Position numbers and translations under genes: made by a program | Source: Octopus sinensis | Taxonomy: Eukaryota | Reading direction: 5' to 3' | Assembly: GCF_006345805.1 (NCBI RefSeq) | Contig: NC_043019.1 | Location: 6,881,360-6,945,359, forward strand | Length of the DNA stretch: 64,000 bases | In this document: piece after piece, positions 12,640-23,734 of the stretch | Layout of the letters: each line of letters opens with the position of its first letter | Position numbering within the stretch: the stretch's first letter is position 1 | The notes under the pieces: generated by a model | The model's input: only the letters and a program-made list of their open reading frames with translations | What the model was told of the DNA's origin: nothing | The model's database searches: none

Positions 12640-12703
12640 TTCTGTTCCTTAAATCCTTAAAAATGCTTCAGCCCGAAGGCCGCGGCCATGCTGGGGCACC
12701 ACC
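12640..12703 (-). mobile_element. Isolated LINE/SINE 3' terminus with (TTTAAGGA)n tail
   Basis: Minus strand ggtggtgccccagcatggccgcggccttcgggctgaagc is followed by tttaaggatttaagga. Confidence 0.7.
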
Positions 12704-13457
12704 TAACGAATACGAACATCTAACGTTATTCTCTCTGACGTTCTTCCGCAAATTTTACTTTCTGTCCACGACCAATTAATCAGTTTTTAAACCATTTAAA
12801 TCACTTTTGTATACTGTTGTATAATCTCATTTTTATGTACCATATCTTAATTATTAATCCTTATGATTTATTTTCTATTACTGAGATAATTTGAATGTAT
12901 TAAACATTCTATTTCAGCTCTCTTCATTATATATGCTGCTTCCCAACTTATCTCTGTATTCCTCACACAAACGGAATCCCCGGGGAATGCTTCCCTGGTA
13001 TTTCTTTATCAAATTTATCGCATCATTTCTGTAATAGCATGTGCAGGTGTTCCATAGCATTTTGTCAGTTTTATTAATATCATATCCAACTGTTCCACTG
13101 TTTTATCCTCAGGTATCACGTGCTCAGGTGTTATAACGGTATCGGTATTTCGTTGGTTGATTGAAATGGTTGATAAACTTGGCTCATTACACTTCTTTCG
13201 TATCGCGAGGAACCACTCGTAATTCGGATTTGCGCAGCGTGTGGGCACAAGCGGCAAATAACCAGATTGTTTTGAGAAGATTAACCGATTGTATTGCTGG
13301 GATTCTTACATACACTCCAGATAAAGCACAAACACTTGGAGACGCAGGAGTGCTTAAAATAAATTATTTCGGCGTATTAATCCTAGAAATGTTAAAATAA
13401 ATCATTATTAGTACTTTGATTCTTGGATGTGAGCACATGCTTGTGAGTATGTACGTA

Positions 13458-13508
<51 letters not shown>

Positions 13509-13543
13509 CTGTGCGTGCCCGCACATATAAATTTGTGTGCGTA

Positions 13544-13910
13544 TATGTTGACTGTTCTTTGAGACACTTCTTCACCACAGTTTTCACTTCCTCGTTTCTG
13601 GAATAATATTTGCCTCTCAAACCCTCTTTTGTGGTACCGAAGAGTGGATAGTCTGAAGGCACTAAATCTGGTAAGTGTAGTGGTAGGGAAGAAGTGGCTC
13701 AAAGAACAGTCAACATAATTTTCCAAGGCAGGGATACATGCTCTCATTCGAAGGTGGAACATTGCTATTGAGAGAAACGGTGACTATGTTGAGAAGTAGG
13801 AATGTGATCCACAGAGGACCAGCTTCATTTTGATGTAGGATACATATTCCTGTGTCGGTAATTATACCTGTCCTAAACAAAATGGCATTACTTTTTGACT
13901 CACCCTCGTA
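13544..13910. mobile_element. Mariner transposon 3' remnant with internal inversion
   Basis: Minus 13690-13544 encodes PDLVPSDYPLFGTTKEGLRG..KKCLKEQST. Plus 13688-13800 encodes KKWLKEQST..GIHALIRRWNIAIERNGDYVEK*. The TIR ends ttactttttgactcaccctcgTA. Confidence 0.9.
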
Positions 13911-14200
13911 CATTGAAACTAATTCTCTTGTGGAATCAGTGTGATAAAATATATGACATGGTTACATCCACGAATTACTGATAAAATCTATCCATTTGAC
14001 TACTATACACTTTTCCTCTAACCAATTTAATTTATTGGCATATGGGTCATGTTGAGATTAAAAGAAATGACACTTGCTCTAGATCTTAAATAACGATATC
14101 GAACCTGTGTCATCGAGGTCACATAATGAACATTCTAACTTTTGGTGCATATTCTATATATCTATTTCTATGCTTTTCTCTCTATGTATATGTACCCTTT

Positions 14201-14530
14201 TGAAGGCGCAATGGCTCAATGGTTAGGGCAGTGGACTCGCGGTTGTAGAATCGCGGTTTAGCTTCCAGGGCCGGTCGCTGTGGACTGGGGATGGTCGTGA
14301 ACCCTGCTGTGCTCTTTCACCATAACATTCTCTCACTATTTCTTCCTGTTTCTGTTGTATCTGTATTTCAAAGAGGCCAGCCTTGTCACACTCTGTGTCA
14401 CGCTGAATCTCCTAGGTTAAGGGAACACGTGTCTGTGGAGTGCTCAGCCACTTGCACGTTAATAAATGAGCAGGCTATTCCGTTGATCGGATGAATTGGA
14501 ACCCGCGTCGTCGTAACCGACGGAGTGCCA
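14201..14530 (+). mobile_element. tRNA-derived SINE, family D 5' half joined to family C 3' half
   Basis: Head and 14308-14355 match 6143-6335. Segment 14360-14530 matches the family C tail. Confidence 0.8.
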
Positions 14531-15080
14531 TGACGAGGTTATGTGCGTCTACTAATGTTCATATAAAAATATTTCTTTTAATGCTGAACTTCAAAATAGT
14601 AAAACTCGAAAGACCATTTTAATCATACACATTCTAACATGACCTTTTAAAGATATACCTCTGACTATATTTGACCTTTATTTCCCAAAAATTCTTGAAT
14701 AGTTTCAGTTACATAATGAAATTTCATTTCGGAAACTTAAATAGCAAAATTAATTCTCAATTATCAATGATCGCTTTCCATTTTATTTCAATGCTATATT
14801 TAAGATATTCACTTCAGGGAAATCAGCGCTCTTCACCGATTCAACCACCTCCATCCACACTGATTTTCCCCCTTTTCTTTTCTTCATGTTTAATTCTCCT
14901 GAAATAACTGAAACTTTATCTATCTATCCATATATACATATGTAGGTATATATATTCACAGTATCTATATGAATATGTGTGTGTGTGTGTGTGCGTGTGT
15001 GTATGTGTGGGTGTTTACGTTTACAAGGAGGAAGATGACGGTGAGTTCCAAGTTTCGGCCTACCATCTTTCGTAAAACAA

Positions 15081-15112
15081 TTCGACGAAGGCTGTCAATC
15101 CGAAACGTCTAA
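15081..15112 (+). ncRNA. Degenerate hammerhead-like motif in a Penelope-type terminus
   Basis: UCGACGA-AGGCUGUCAAUCC-GAAA-CG-UC, with AATAAA at 15142. Core is altered and helix I is lost. Confidence 0.45.
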
Positions 15113-15229
15113 CAACTGTCAACCATATTCTTGTAACGTATAATAAATATGACAATGAGAGTCTTGCGTAATTCTTCAGTTGAATTCGACATTTCTATTG
15201 GAACATGACACAAAAATAAACATCCATCC

Positions 15230-15347
15230 ATCCATCCATACATACATACATACATACACATACACACACACATGCATACATGCATACATACATACATACA
15301 TACATACATACATACATACATACATACATACATACATACATACATAC
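15230..15347. repeat. (CATA)n microsatellite
   Basis: Directly visible. Confidence 0.95.
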
Positions 15348-15424
15348 AAGGATCATAGGACAGATGAATAGGTGTTACAATATGTGAAAAAAGCAAAAGT
15401 TCATCTACTGTGGCCATGTTTGAG

Positions 15425-15747
15425 GAATCAGAGAATCTTACTAGTTACGGCACTCGGATTATAATCGTAGGATCGTGAGTTCTATTCCTGGTGGTGGCTT
15501 GTGGTTTTCAACAAAGCAATTTACCTCACTTTTCTAGAGTCCAATCATGCTGGCAAGAATGTGTTGTACCTGTAACTCAAAGGTCCAACCTTGTCACATT
15601 CTGATTCTCACTGGAAATCCCTGAGAACTACGTTAAGGGGATATGTGTCTGTGGAGTACTCAGCCACTTGCACGTTAATTTCCCGAGTACTGTGTTCCGT
15701 TGATCTGATCAACCGAAACACCTGACGTCGTAACGGACAGAGTACCA
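15425..15747 (+). mobile_element. SINE family C, diverged
   Basis: tRNA-like head remnants. Tail ggagtactcagccacttgcacgttaatttc..ttccgttgatc. Confidence 0.8.
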
Positions 15748-16124
15748 GTTATTTGACTGCGTTTGTGTACGAATGTATGGGTGTGGATATGTGGATAGAT
15801 GTTTGCTTATGTTAACTCATTTTGATATACTAACTTACACATAAAAAACTGTTCAACACATAATAAACAATGCCTCAATACATTGATGTAGAGTACTAAG
15901 TTTATTTTAGCAAAGATTATAATGGGAGTTACGTTTATATATTTGTTTTGCATGATCCTTGATGTGAAATCGTATGTGTCCCCCCACACACACACTAATT
16001 AAACTTAGACACACATAGGGGTATATGCATGCGCAAATAAAGACACATACAATAGGAATACAAAATACAAAATGGCTGACCGTTAGTAATTAGAGACACA
16101 CAAATAAGAAAGAAGAAAGCAAAG

Positions 16125-16168
16125 GACCACCGATGAGGTCACAGACGTGTGACGAAATAATTCTGGCC
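16125..16168 (+). ncRNA. Type-I hammerhead ribozyme-like motif (C at position 4)
   Basis: GACCA-CCGAUGA-G-GUCACA[GACG]UGUGAC-GAAA-UAAU-UC-UGGCC. Perfect 6-bp helix II, helix I 4/5 bp, AATAAA at ~16196. Confidence 0.7.
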
Positions 16169-16769
16169 GAAATAAGATTAAGATTAATGTAAAAAATAAA
16201 TAAAGCTGAAGCAAATTAACACCAAAGATATAGTGCGTGTGTTTTTATTGGCTAAACTGGCAACATGACCATTCCGAAATACAACAACATATATTGGGAG
16301 TGTTTTCTGAATTTCGTGCGTATAAGATTCTGAAACTTTGTAACGGATTGTCCTTATCTTCCATATACGAGGTAATCATTGTAAGTTCGAACTTTATATG
16401 TACATAAATCGAAGACTGTTTGATCATTGCATGAGAAAGCAGTGACAGTTTCGAAAAAGCATATCCGACTTTCTTTCTTCAATGTTAAATCTTAAATTGT
16501 TATCGTAAATTTTTATGACAGACTATATGATACTTTCATATACAGTACATTAATTTGAGGTCCCTATAAACAAATTTCATACATATATATGTGTGTGTGT
16601 GTGTGGTGGATGTGTGTAATTGTGCGCGTGGTTTTTGTATATATACATAAACATATTTATGACGAAGCGTGCGTATGTGACGGTCTCAATCCAGTTATCG
16701 GCCGAGCTATCGGATGCTATTATACATCGCTGGCCACAATGCGCATCGCAATTTTTGAAGCCACTGGCT

Positions 16770-16952
16770 AGACGAGAGCAGGTCATGATCCTCCCCCCCC
16801 CTACCTGGTACGAAGGCGAATATGTCGCTGGGTGAATCATTTAGAGGTGAATGAACTGGAAAAATGTGCAATGTTTTGCTCAAGAACACAACACGCTGCC
16901 GTGGCCAGAATTCGAATCCGCGACCTTGCGATTACGAGAGCTACACTCTGGT
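16770..16952 (-). mobile_element. tRNA-derived SINE family E
   Basis: Reverse tRNA head (gaattcgaatccgcgaccttgcgattacgagag). Similar to 25147 and 58420. Confidence 0.65.
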
Positions 16953-17634
16953 CGCTAGGCCAGTTATGTGTGTGTGTGTGTGTGTTGCGTAATGTCCAGT
17001 CTTTTGTGTATCTTACTTTAAAAGAATGCAAATGCTATTCTATCGCATTATTCCAACAAAGACGCATGTCAAATAGTTGGTAATTCAATGTTTGCACTAC
17101 ATTTATTTCCAGTCATGAATTATTGGTAATTCAATTTCGTGGGTAAATGTGTTTGAAACATTAGTTTCGATAAATACCTGGTTTAGTGTTTTTAGTGTGT
17201 GCTGTAGTAGTAGTACTAGTAGTACTAGTAGTAGTAGAAATAACGTCCCTATACAAGATAATGCAAGCATACTTTCTGGCTAATCGGAATGATAAAGATG
17301 TCTGCATTTCGTCACCCTCTCGGCTACGACGACAAGAGGCACTGCTGATCGTGAAGTAAATAGACATATTCCTATGAAGCAATCAATAAATCTGTTATAA
17401 GCATGATAAACATATATCTAAATGTCTTCCAACAGGCTATACATAAAACTCTGACTCTCCTTTCTAAACCATGGAATATGGCAGAAGAAATATCCTGTAT
17501 TCTTTGTTTTCTACTCAACGTTCACTTTCTAACTAAACCTGACGTCTCATTAATTAAACTAAAGTGCGTTTTTTTTTGTGTGTGTTTGCTACAGAAGTAA
17601 TATTTTTTTTTATGTCATACGCTTAGGAACAGTT

Positions 17635-17832
17635 TCAAATTGTGGTACTAAACCAGCGTATTTGAGGGGAGGGGAAGCTGATTACATCAATCTCAGCAAT
17701 TGATGGGTACTTATTTTATGCCCCCACCCCAAGAAAATATATGATAAAGTTGATCTCGGCAGAATTGTACTTAGAAGGTACAGACGGGTGAAATGCAGTG
17801 AAACATTTTGTCCGATCTGCCAGATCACCGCC
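17635..17832 (-). mobile_element. SINE family A, diverged
   Basis: Reverse complement of the family A head and tail. Confidence 0.7.
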
Positions 17833-18802
17833 TTCATAATAATCATAACGGTTTCAAATTTCAGAATAATTAAACAAAATGTCTTGCCGTTTATTTTCTG
17901 TGTATTGACATTTGAGCTCAAACGTGACTGGGCAAATTTGGTCTGGTGCCCGTTCTAAATTGATAAACTTTGTGAGACGGTGTTGGTGAACATACCGTAC
18001 AAAATTTCTAGCGGTACTTGTTCCGGTGCGTATCTGAGTTTGTCAACGAATCTGGTTTTAATCTTTATTCGTTTGTTTTTTTTTCTTTCGGACAAAACCA
18101 GAAGTGAGGAGAAACAGTTGGAATCCTATTAACAAAAGAGAAAAAAAACAATGCTTCAGATCTGCGGAACGGACTTACCATGAGCGAATATGAAGCAAAC
18201 TATGTGTGTGTATGTGTATGCGTGTTTGTCCATGCATGTATATCCATACGTACATGTCTATCTCTATGTATATACATTTATACATATACAATGTGTGCGC
18301 TAGCGTGTGAGCGCGTGTGCATATATATATATATATATATATTTAATTGCGACGAAGCGTGATATAATTTGGGAAGATTTCGACTGTTATGTCTAGCAAA
18401 TCGAATGAATTCGCTACCCCATTTACAGGTAGGTTGATCGTCTTCATTCCAATTTGTAGATGGGTAGGGGGTTTCGATTTGAGGAGGAATAATTTCGGCC
18501 ATTTATTTTTAGCAGATTGATCAACATCATTGAAGTCCATCGTTATTCTTTCCTATTATTCTGCTTTCTCATTAGTAAGTTTTCTCATTAACTAGTATCA
18601 TCTTCATTAGCACGCCTTCTCATTAACGACACTTGTCATTCAGGAAACGTGTATAACTTGAGTAACGTTATGTAAAGTTCCATTACGAAACAGAACACAC
18701 TGACGTAAGCCAGGCGGTTAGAGGACCAACCAATTGCTTAATGAGGAGCTCAGCAAAACTGAAATAGCACCCATGACTCTCTCAATATTAGGCGTAAAAA
18801 CG

Positions 18803-19080
18803 TGGCGAGCTGGCAGAAAAGTTAGCTCAACAGACGAAATGCATCGGGGTATTTCGTTTGTCTTTACGTTCTGAGTTCAAATTCCACCGAGGTCGACTTT
18901 GCCTTTCATACTTTCGGGGGCCGATAAATTAAGTACCAGTTTCGTACTATGGTCGATCTAATTGAATGGCCCCACTCCTCAAAAATATCGGCCCTTGTGC
19001 CTAGAGTTTAAAAGAATATTTCAATCTGTGCAAGGCGGAGAGCTGGCAGAAAGTTTAGCACGCAGGGCAATATTCGCTGT
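18803..19080 (+). mobile_element. SINE family A copy followed by a second head fragment
   Basis: ggcgagctggcagaa..ttacgttctgagttcaaattccaccgaggtcgactttgcc. A second ggcggagagctggcagaaa at ~19034. Confidence 0.88.
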
Positions 19081-19181
19081 TTTGCATAGTTCAATAACGC
19101 CTAGAGGTATATCCTTTGCTATGTTTCTGATATATTTGCTATCTGAAATCTGAGGTAGTCTTGCCTTAAGAAATTATTTTA

Positions 19182-19480
19182 GTGAATTCTGGTGGGAAGA
19201 TCTTGTTCCTGTGCGACAATGATGATTTTTCCCATTCTCCATTGACTCCAAAGACTTCCAGCCAATGGTATGAAGTATCTGTGTTGATTTGCATCCCGTT
19301 TATTTCTTTCCAACTAATTGATATATATAACCGTTGCCATTGTTTATCATGAACCGTGTAGCACCATTGCCAGCATAGACTTTAGCCCCTTCACAATACC
19401 CAATTCTCCTTACAACAGCCTGATATTTCAGCCTTTGTCATTTCATTCTTGGTATAATATCTAATTTCTTCGATGATAGC
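19182..19480 (-). mobile_element. Old R4/Dong-clade LINE fragment
   Basis: Minus translation across a frameshift: LHG..WLEVFGVNGEWE/KIIIVAQEQDLPTR, matching the R4-type WL..L..ETEG.IIAAQDQ.L.TR segment. Confidence 0.55.
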
Positions 19481-20064
19481 AAATAAGGATTTTGATATCT
19501 TTCTGTTTTTACTTATTTCCATCAATTTTCAATTATTCTTTACGAGATATTTTGGCTGCCTACAGTTGTTATTTTTCACATAAATATATATTGATAACAT
19601 TGTTTTTTCCTGTGCCTACATTCCTTATCCGTTTATCTTCCTCTGTTGACAACACATACAATTTTACAGGTAGCTTACTAACTACTTCATTTCGCTTCTA
19701 GTTCCAAATAACTATCTATTTATTATTGTTTCTATAACTTTTATCTTATTCCACGTATTTCTGACTGTTTTAAGCATGAATCAAATGCGTCTATAATATT
19801 CCGTGGAAACTTTTACTTTCATTCTCTCTACATCGTATTGTGTCTACTCCATTGATTTCTATATATTCTATGTATTTCTAACTCTCTTCTTTTGCATTGC
19901 ACACCCACCCACCCACCCACGCACACACGCACATATGTCTATATAAAGTTGATGTACAATATATGGATTTAACTAATCCGGTGTTATTCATAAAAAACCT
20001 TGTTTAGTGTATCAGGCTATAAACCACTTATAACACTTCTTTTCTTATATATATATATATACAT

Positions 20065-20100
<36 letters not shown>

Positions 20101-20554
20101 GGATATCACCATTCTTAGGAACTCATCTTCAGACTTCAGACTTTCTGACTACAAATTTGTCATAGTTTCTACTCCCAATCTCAAACCATTCTTTTTCTTA
20201 CAAGATACATGTATTTCGTAAACCCACAATTAATTAACCCTTGTAGCTCTTATTACGGCATTAGCACAATTTTGTAACCAATTCATGCCTCGTGTCAATC
20301 AATAAGCTATCATTTGAGATAGATTCGCTATTTGGCGTGCAGTCCAGTCCGAGAATCAACTTACTGGCCTTCGGTTTCCCTCTCCTGATGATGCTCGTAA
20401 TGAGTTCGAAACCTGCTGGCTGATTATTGCAGCCGTTGTTGTCGCTTTTAATCCATATCAACCCTGATTTAGCAGAAGTATCGTCAAAGAGATTGTAATC
20501 GTGTTAATCGATTTGCTGATAAACCTGGGAATTAATCATTCTAATATTCTGTTA

Positions 20555-20894
20555 TTCTTTTACTTATTTCAGACTGCGGCCATGCAGGAGCACCGGCTTT
20601 AGGCGAACAAATCGACCCATGGGCTTATTCTTTGTAAGCCTAGAACTTATTGTATCGGTTTCTTTACCCAAACCGCTAAGTTTCGAGACGTAAAAACACC
20701 AGCATAGGTTATCAAGATATGGCGATGGAACAGACACAGACACGCACAGGGAACACACACACATTCACAAGGTCTGGTCAGCCCGAGCCCTATTAGGATA
20801 CATTACCACTCAAGGTACCACGCAGTGGGACCGATGTGCTTGGGAACAATGTGCTTGGGAAGCAAACTTCTTACCACTCAGCCACGCCTGCGCC
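20555..20894 (-). mobile_element. SINE family B (tRNA head, CORE-like segment, LINE-like tail)
   Basis: Reverse complement runs from aggcgcaggcgtggctgagtggtaagaag to ggtgctcctgcatggccgcagtc. Confidence 0.85.
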
Positions 20895-21080
20895 TTTGTA
20901 TATAATTTGATAAGGGCGTAGATTAAGAATAATTTAGTTTGTATTTCTCGGATTCCTTGAAGTCTTCACAGGACAACTTCTCTGGATATATTGGCTGTTC
21001 TATCTTTTTATATTGTTTTCTAGATTACCCATCCTAATATTTTATCATCATCATCATCATCATCATCATTATTATTATTA

Positions 21081-21136
<56 letters not shown>

Positions 21137-21137
<1 letters not shown>

Positions 21138-21350
21138 GGCGGCGAGATGGCAGAATTGTTAGTACGCCGGGTGAAATGCTTAGCTGTATTTCGTCTGCCA
21201 CTAATGTCTTGATTTCAAATTTCGCCAAGGTTAACTTTACCTTTCATCCTTTCGTGGTCGATAAATGAAGTACCAGTGGTACACTGATGTCGACGTAATT
21301 GACTTGACAACACCACCACAAATTTTGAAGAATTGTTCCTATCGTAGAAA
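21137..21350 (+). mobile_element. SINE family A immediately after a (TTA)n tract (21037-21135)
   Basis: ggcggcgagatggcagaattgttagtacgccgggtgaaatgcttag. Confidence 0.85.
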
Positions 21351-21894
21351 GGACTGTTATTTTAGTAAAGAACACGGCAAAATGGCAGATTCGTCAGAAC
21401 GCCGGATAGAATCCTTATAGTTATTTACACCTAATGATTGTGTACTGTCTTGAACCTCTTAGCTTGTTACCAGGATTAACATCACCTCTGGGACAACTTT
21501 GGTGCTTTGGGTAGAGTAGTCACACTGTTACACAAATTCGAAAGAAACATCAGGTCCAAATATACCCTCCTCTGCAGCACCCAAGTCTCAGAAACACCAA
21601 ATAGGGTCATGCACGTTGATTCTACTCCCGATAAAATAAAAGCTACTGAATATAACTTGAGACAAATTCATCTTCCAATATCATGTCCAGAAAATTCACC
21701 GTAAAATAAAGCGTGAAATATAATTATTATAAAACTAATAATAATAATGAAAAAAAAAACCCAGAATATTAAATTTTTTATAAAAGCATTAAATAAGCAA
21801 GTCTTTAATCAAAGTCAAAACAATTAGAATATGATGATTAAATCATTTAAATTTACACTTATTGCGGTGAAAACGCCGAGAACAAAATTTCAAT

Positions 21895-22120
21895 ATACAT
21901 TCCTTTATTGCCCACAGGGAGCTAAACATAGACGGGACATACAAAGGGACTAAATGGATGACATCGACCTCAGTGCGTAACTGGAACTTATTTAATCGAC
22001 CCTGAAAGTATGAGAGTCAAAGTCAACCTCAGCGGCATTTGAAATCAGAACGTAACGGCAGACGAACTACCCGTAAGCATTTCGCCCAACGCGTTAACGT
22101 TTCTGCCAGCTCGCCGCCTT
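21895..22120 (-). mobile_element. SINE family A, alternative-tail variant
   Basis: Ends ttctgccagctcgccgcc. Tail cctttattgcccacaggg is shared with 38170. Confidence 0.85.
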
Positions 22121-22559
22121 ATTCAATACTGCCGGGTGAACACATAAATTCCTGCTCTATCAGTGTTTTTAATATAGCTCGAAGATATTTCCATACGTAA
22201 CACTATAATTCTATTGAAATCAGTAACTTACTTAAACGATATCACATCCAGACAATTGCTGTGTTTTATAACCTCTGCTTTCTTTTACTTATATTCAAAT
22301 ATGCGATTACAATTACTGAAAGAAATATTAGTCTGTGTTATGCTAGCACACCTGATGTAACATTTAGTCAACAAATTACAAAATTCGAAAGTGAATGGAT
22401 GTCAGTCGCCTGATGGCTTCTTTTACAGTCGTATTGATTTATCTCCCTTTAACTGCTTCGCACATTTAGACATGTAGACATTTCTGTCCAAATGCGTGCA
22501 CTGAGACGATGTAATCGGTGATTAAGGTACACACGTATACGCATACAAAGTATATGACC

Positions 22560-22622
22560 TAGTGTGCATGTATGTATATATATAATGTAGTATATATATA
22601 TATGTAGTATATATATACATAC

Positions 22623-22667
<45 letters not shown>

Positions 22668-22727
22668 ATATATATATATATAATATATATATATACCTAC
22701 ATATATATATATATATATATATATACC

Positions 22728-22782
<55 letters not shown>

Positions 22783-22784
22783 AC

Positions 22785-22818
<34 letters not shown>

Positions 22819-22890
22819 CCTACATATATATATATATATATGTAGTAATATATACATACATACATATATATATATATATGTAGTATATAT

Positions 22891-22924
<34 letters not shown>

Positions 22925-22935
22925 GTAGTATATAT

Positions 22936-22978
<43 letters not shown>

Positions 22979-23025
22979 ATATATATACCTACATATATAT
23001 ATATATATATATATAGTATATATAC
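22560..23025. repeat. Compound (TA)n array with recurring CCTAC and GTAGTA/CATA interruptions
   Basis: Directly visible higher-order periodic interruptions. Confidence 0.9.
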
Positions 23026-23535
23026 ACACGTAATGTAATATTTATATGCGGGTAGTACACTCTAGAAGGATCAGTGTCATTGCATACAGTCGAATATGGA
23101 CGTGTATGTGTATCTACGTCGGCGCGTGTGTTTGAGTCTGTATACGTATCTGGGTGTTGCGAGTACGTGTATACGTGTTTAATTTTTACGCAATATCACC
23201 AGGATTACCAGAACCATAAGCGCTATTGGTTTATTTAAATTACATTGAGTTTACTATCAGATAATTGCTTTCTTTTAGACAGTATGTGTTCACGGTTTAC
23301 GAGTGCCAATTTAAAAGTCAACCGAGAAGAAATTAGGAATATATCAAGCAAACCAGACGTTGTATTGATATCGTTTATGCGTGGCGTGGGAGGGATATGG
23401 ATATGGGGTTTTCTTGTAAGACTGATGTTAAGTTACCTTAATGTATTCTTAAGTAGTTTCTGCTGCTTAAACTTGTACAGTTTGAAAATTATTCGCGATC
23501 TTTTCTCTTTAATTTGAAATTATTCATACACACAC

Positions 23536-23612
23536 GCGCAGGCGTGGCTGTGTAGTAAGAAGTTTGTTTTCCAACCAAAATCGTACCGGGTTCCGTTCCA
23601 CTGCATGGTATC
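23536..23612 (+). mobile_element. SINE family B head fragment
   Basis: gcgcaggcgtggctgtgtagtaagaagtttg. Confidence 0.75.
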
Positions 23613-23692
23613 TTTATCAATTGCCTTCTACTTTTGCAAAGAGAAACTTAAACAAGTTCGTCTGATATATTATATATATATATATATTATAT

Positions 23693-23734
<42 letters not shown>

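Noticed and set aside
18170-18540. Short ORFs (MAEIIPPQ.., MDFNDVDQ..) and splice-like sites
   Set aside because: Conflicting strands, a microsatellite interruption and no recognisable protein.
20385-20413. CUGAUGA-UGCUC..GAGU-UC-GAAAC hammerhead-like core
   Set aside because: I could not form helix I or III with the flanks. It is possibly a decayed relic, but the support is insufficient.
21500-21690. SETWVL motif on the minus strand (a similar weak RTE-like signal lies at 58760-59040)
   Set aside because: Probably decayed RTE fragments, but the match is too short to annotate.
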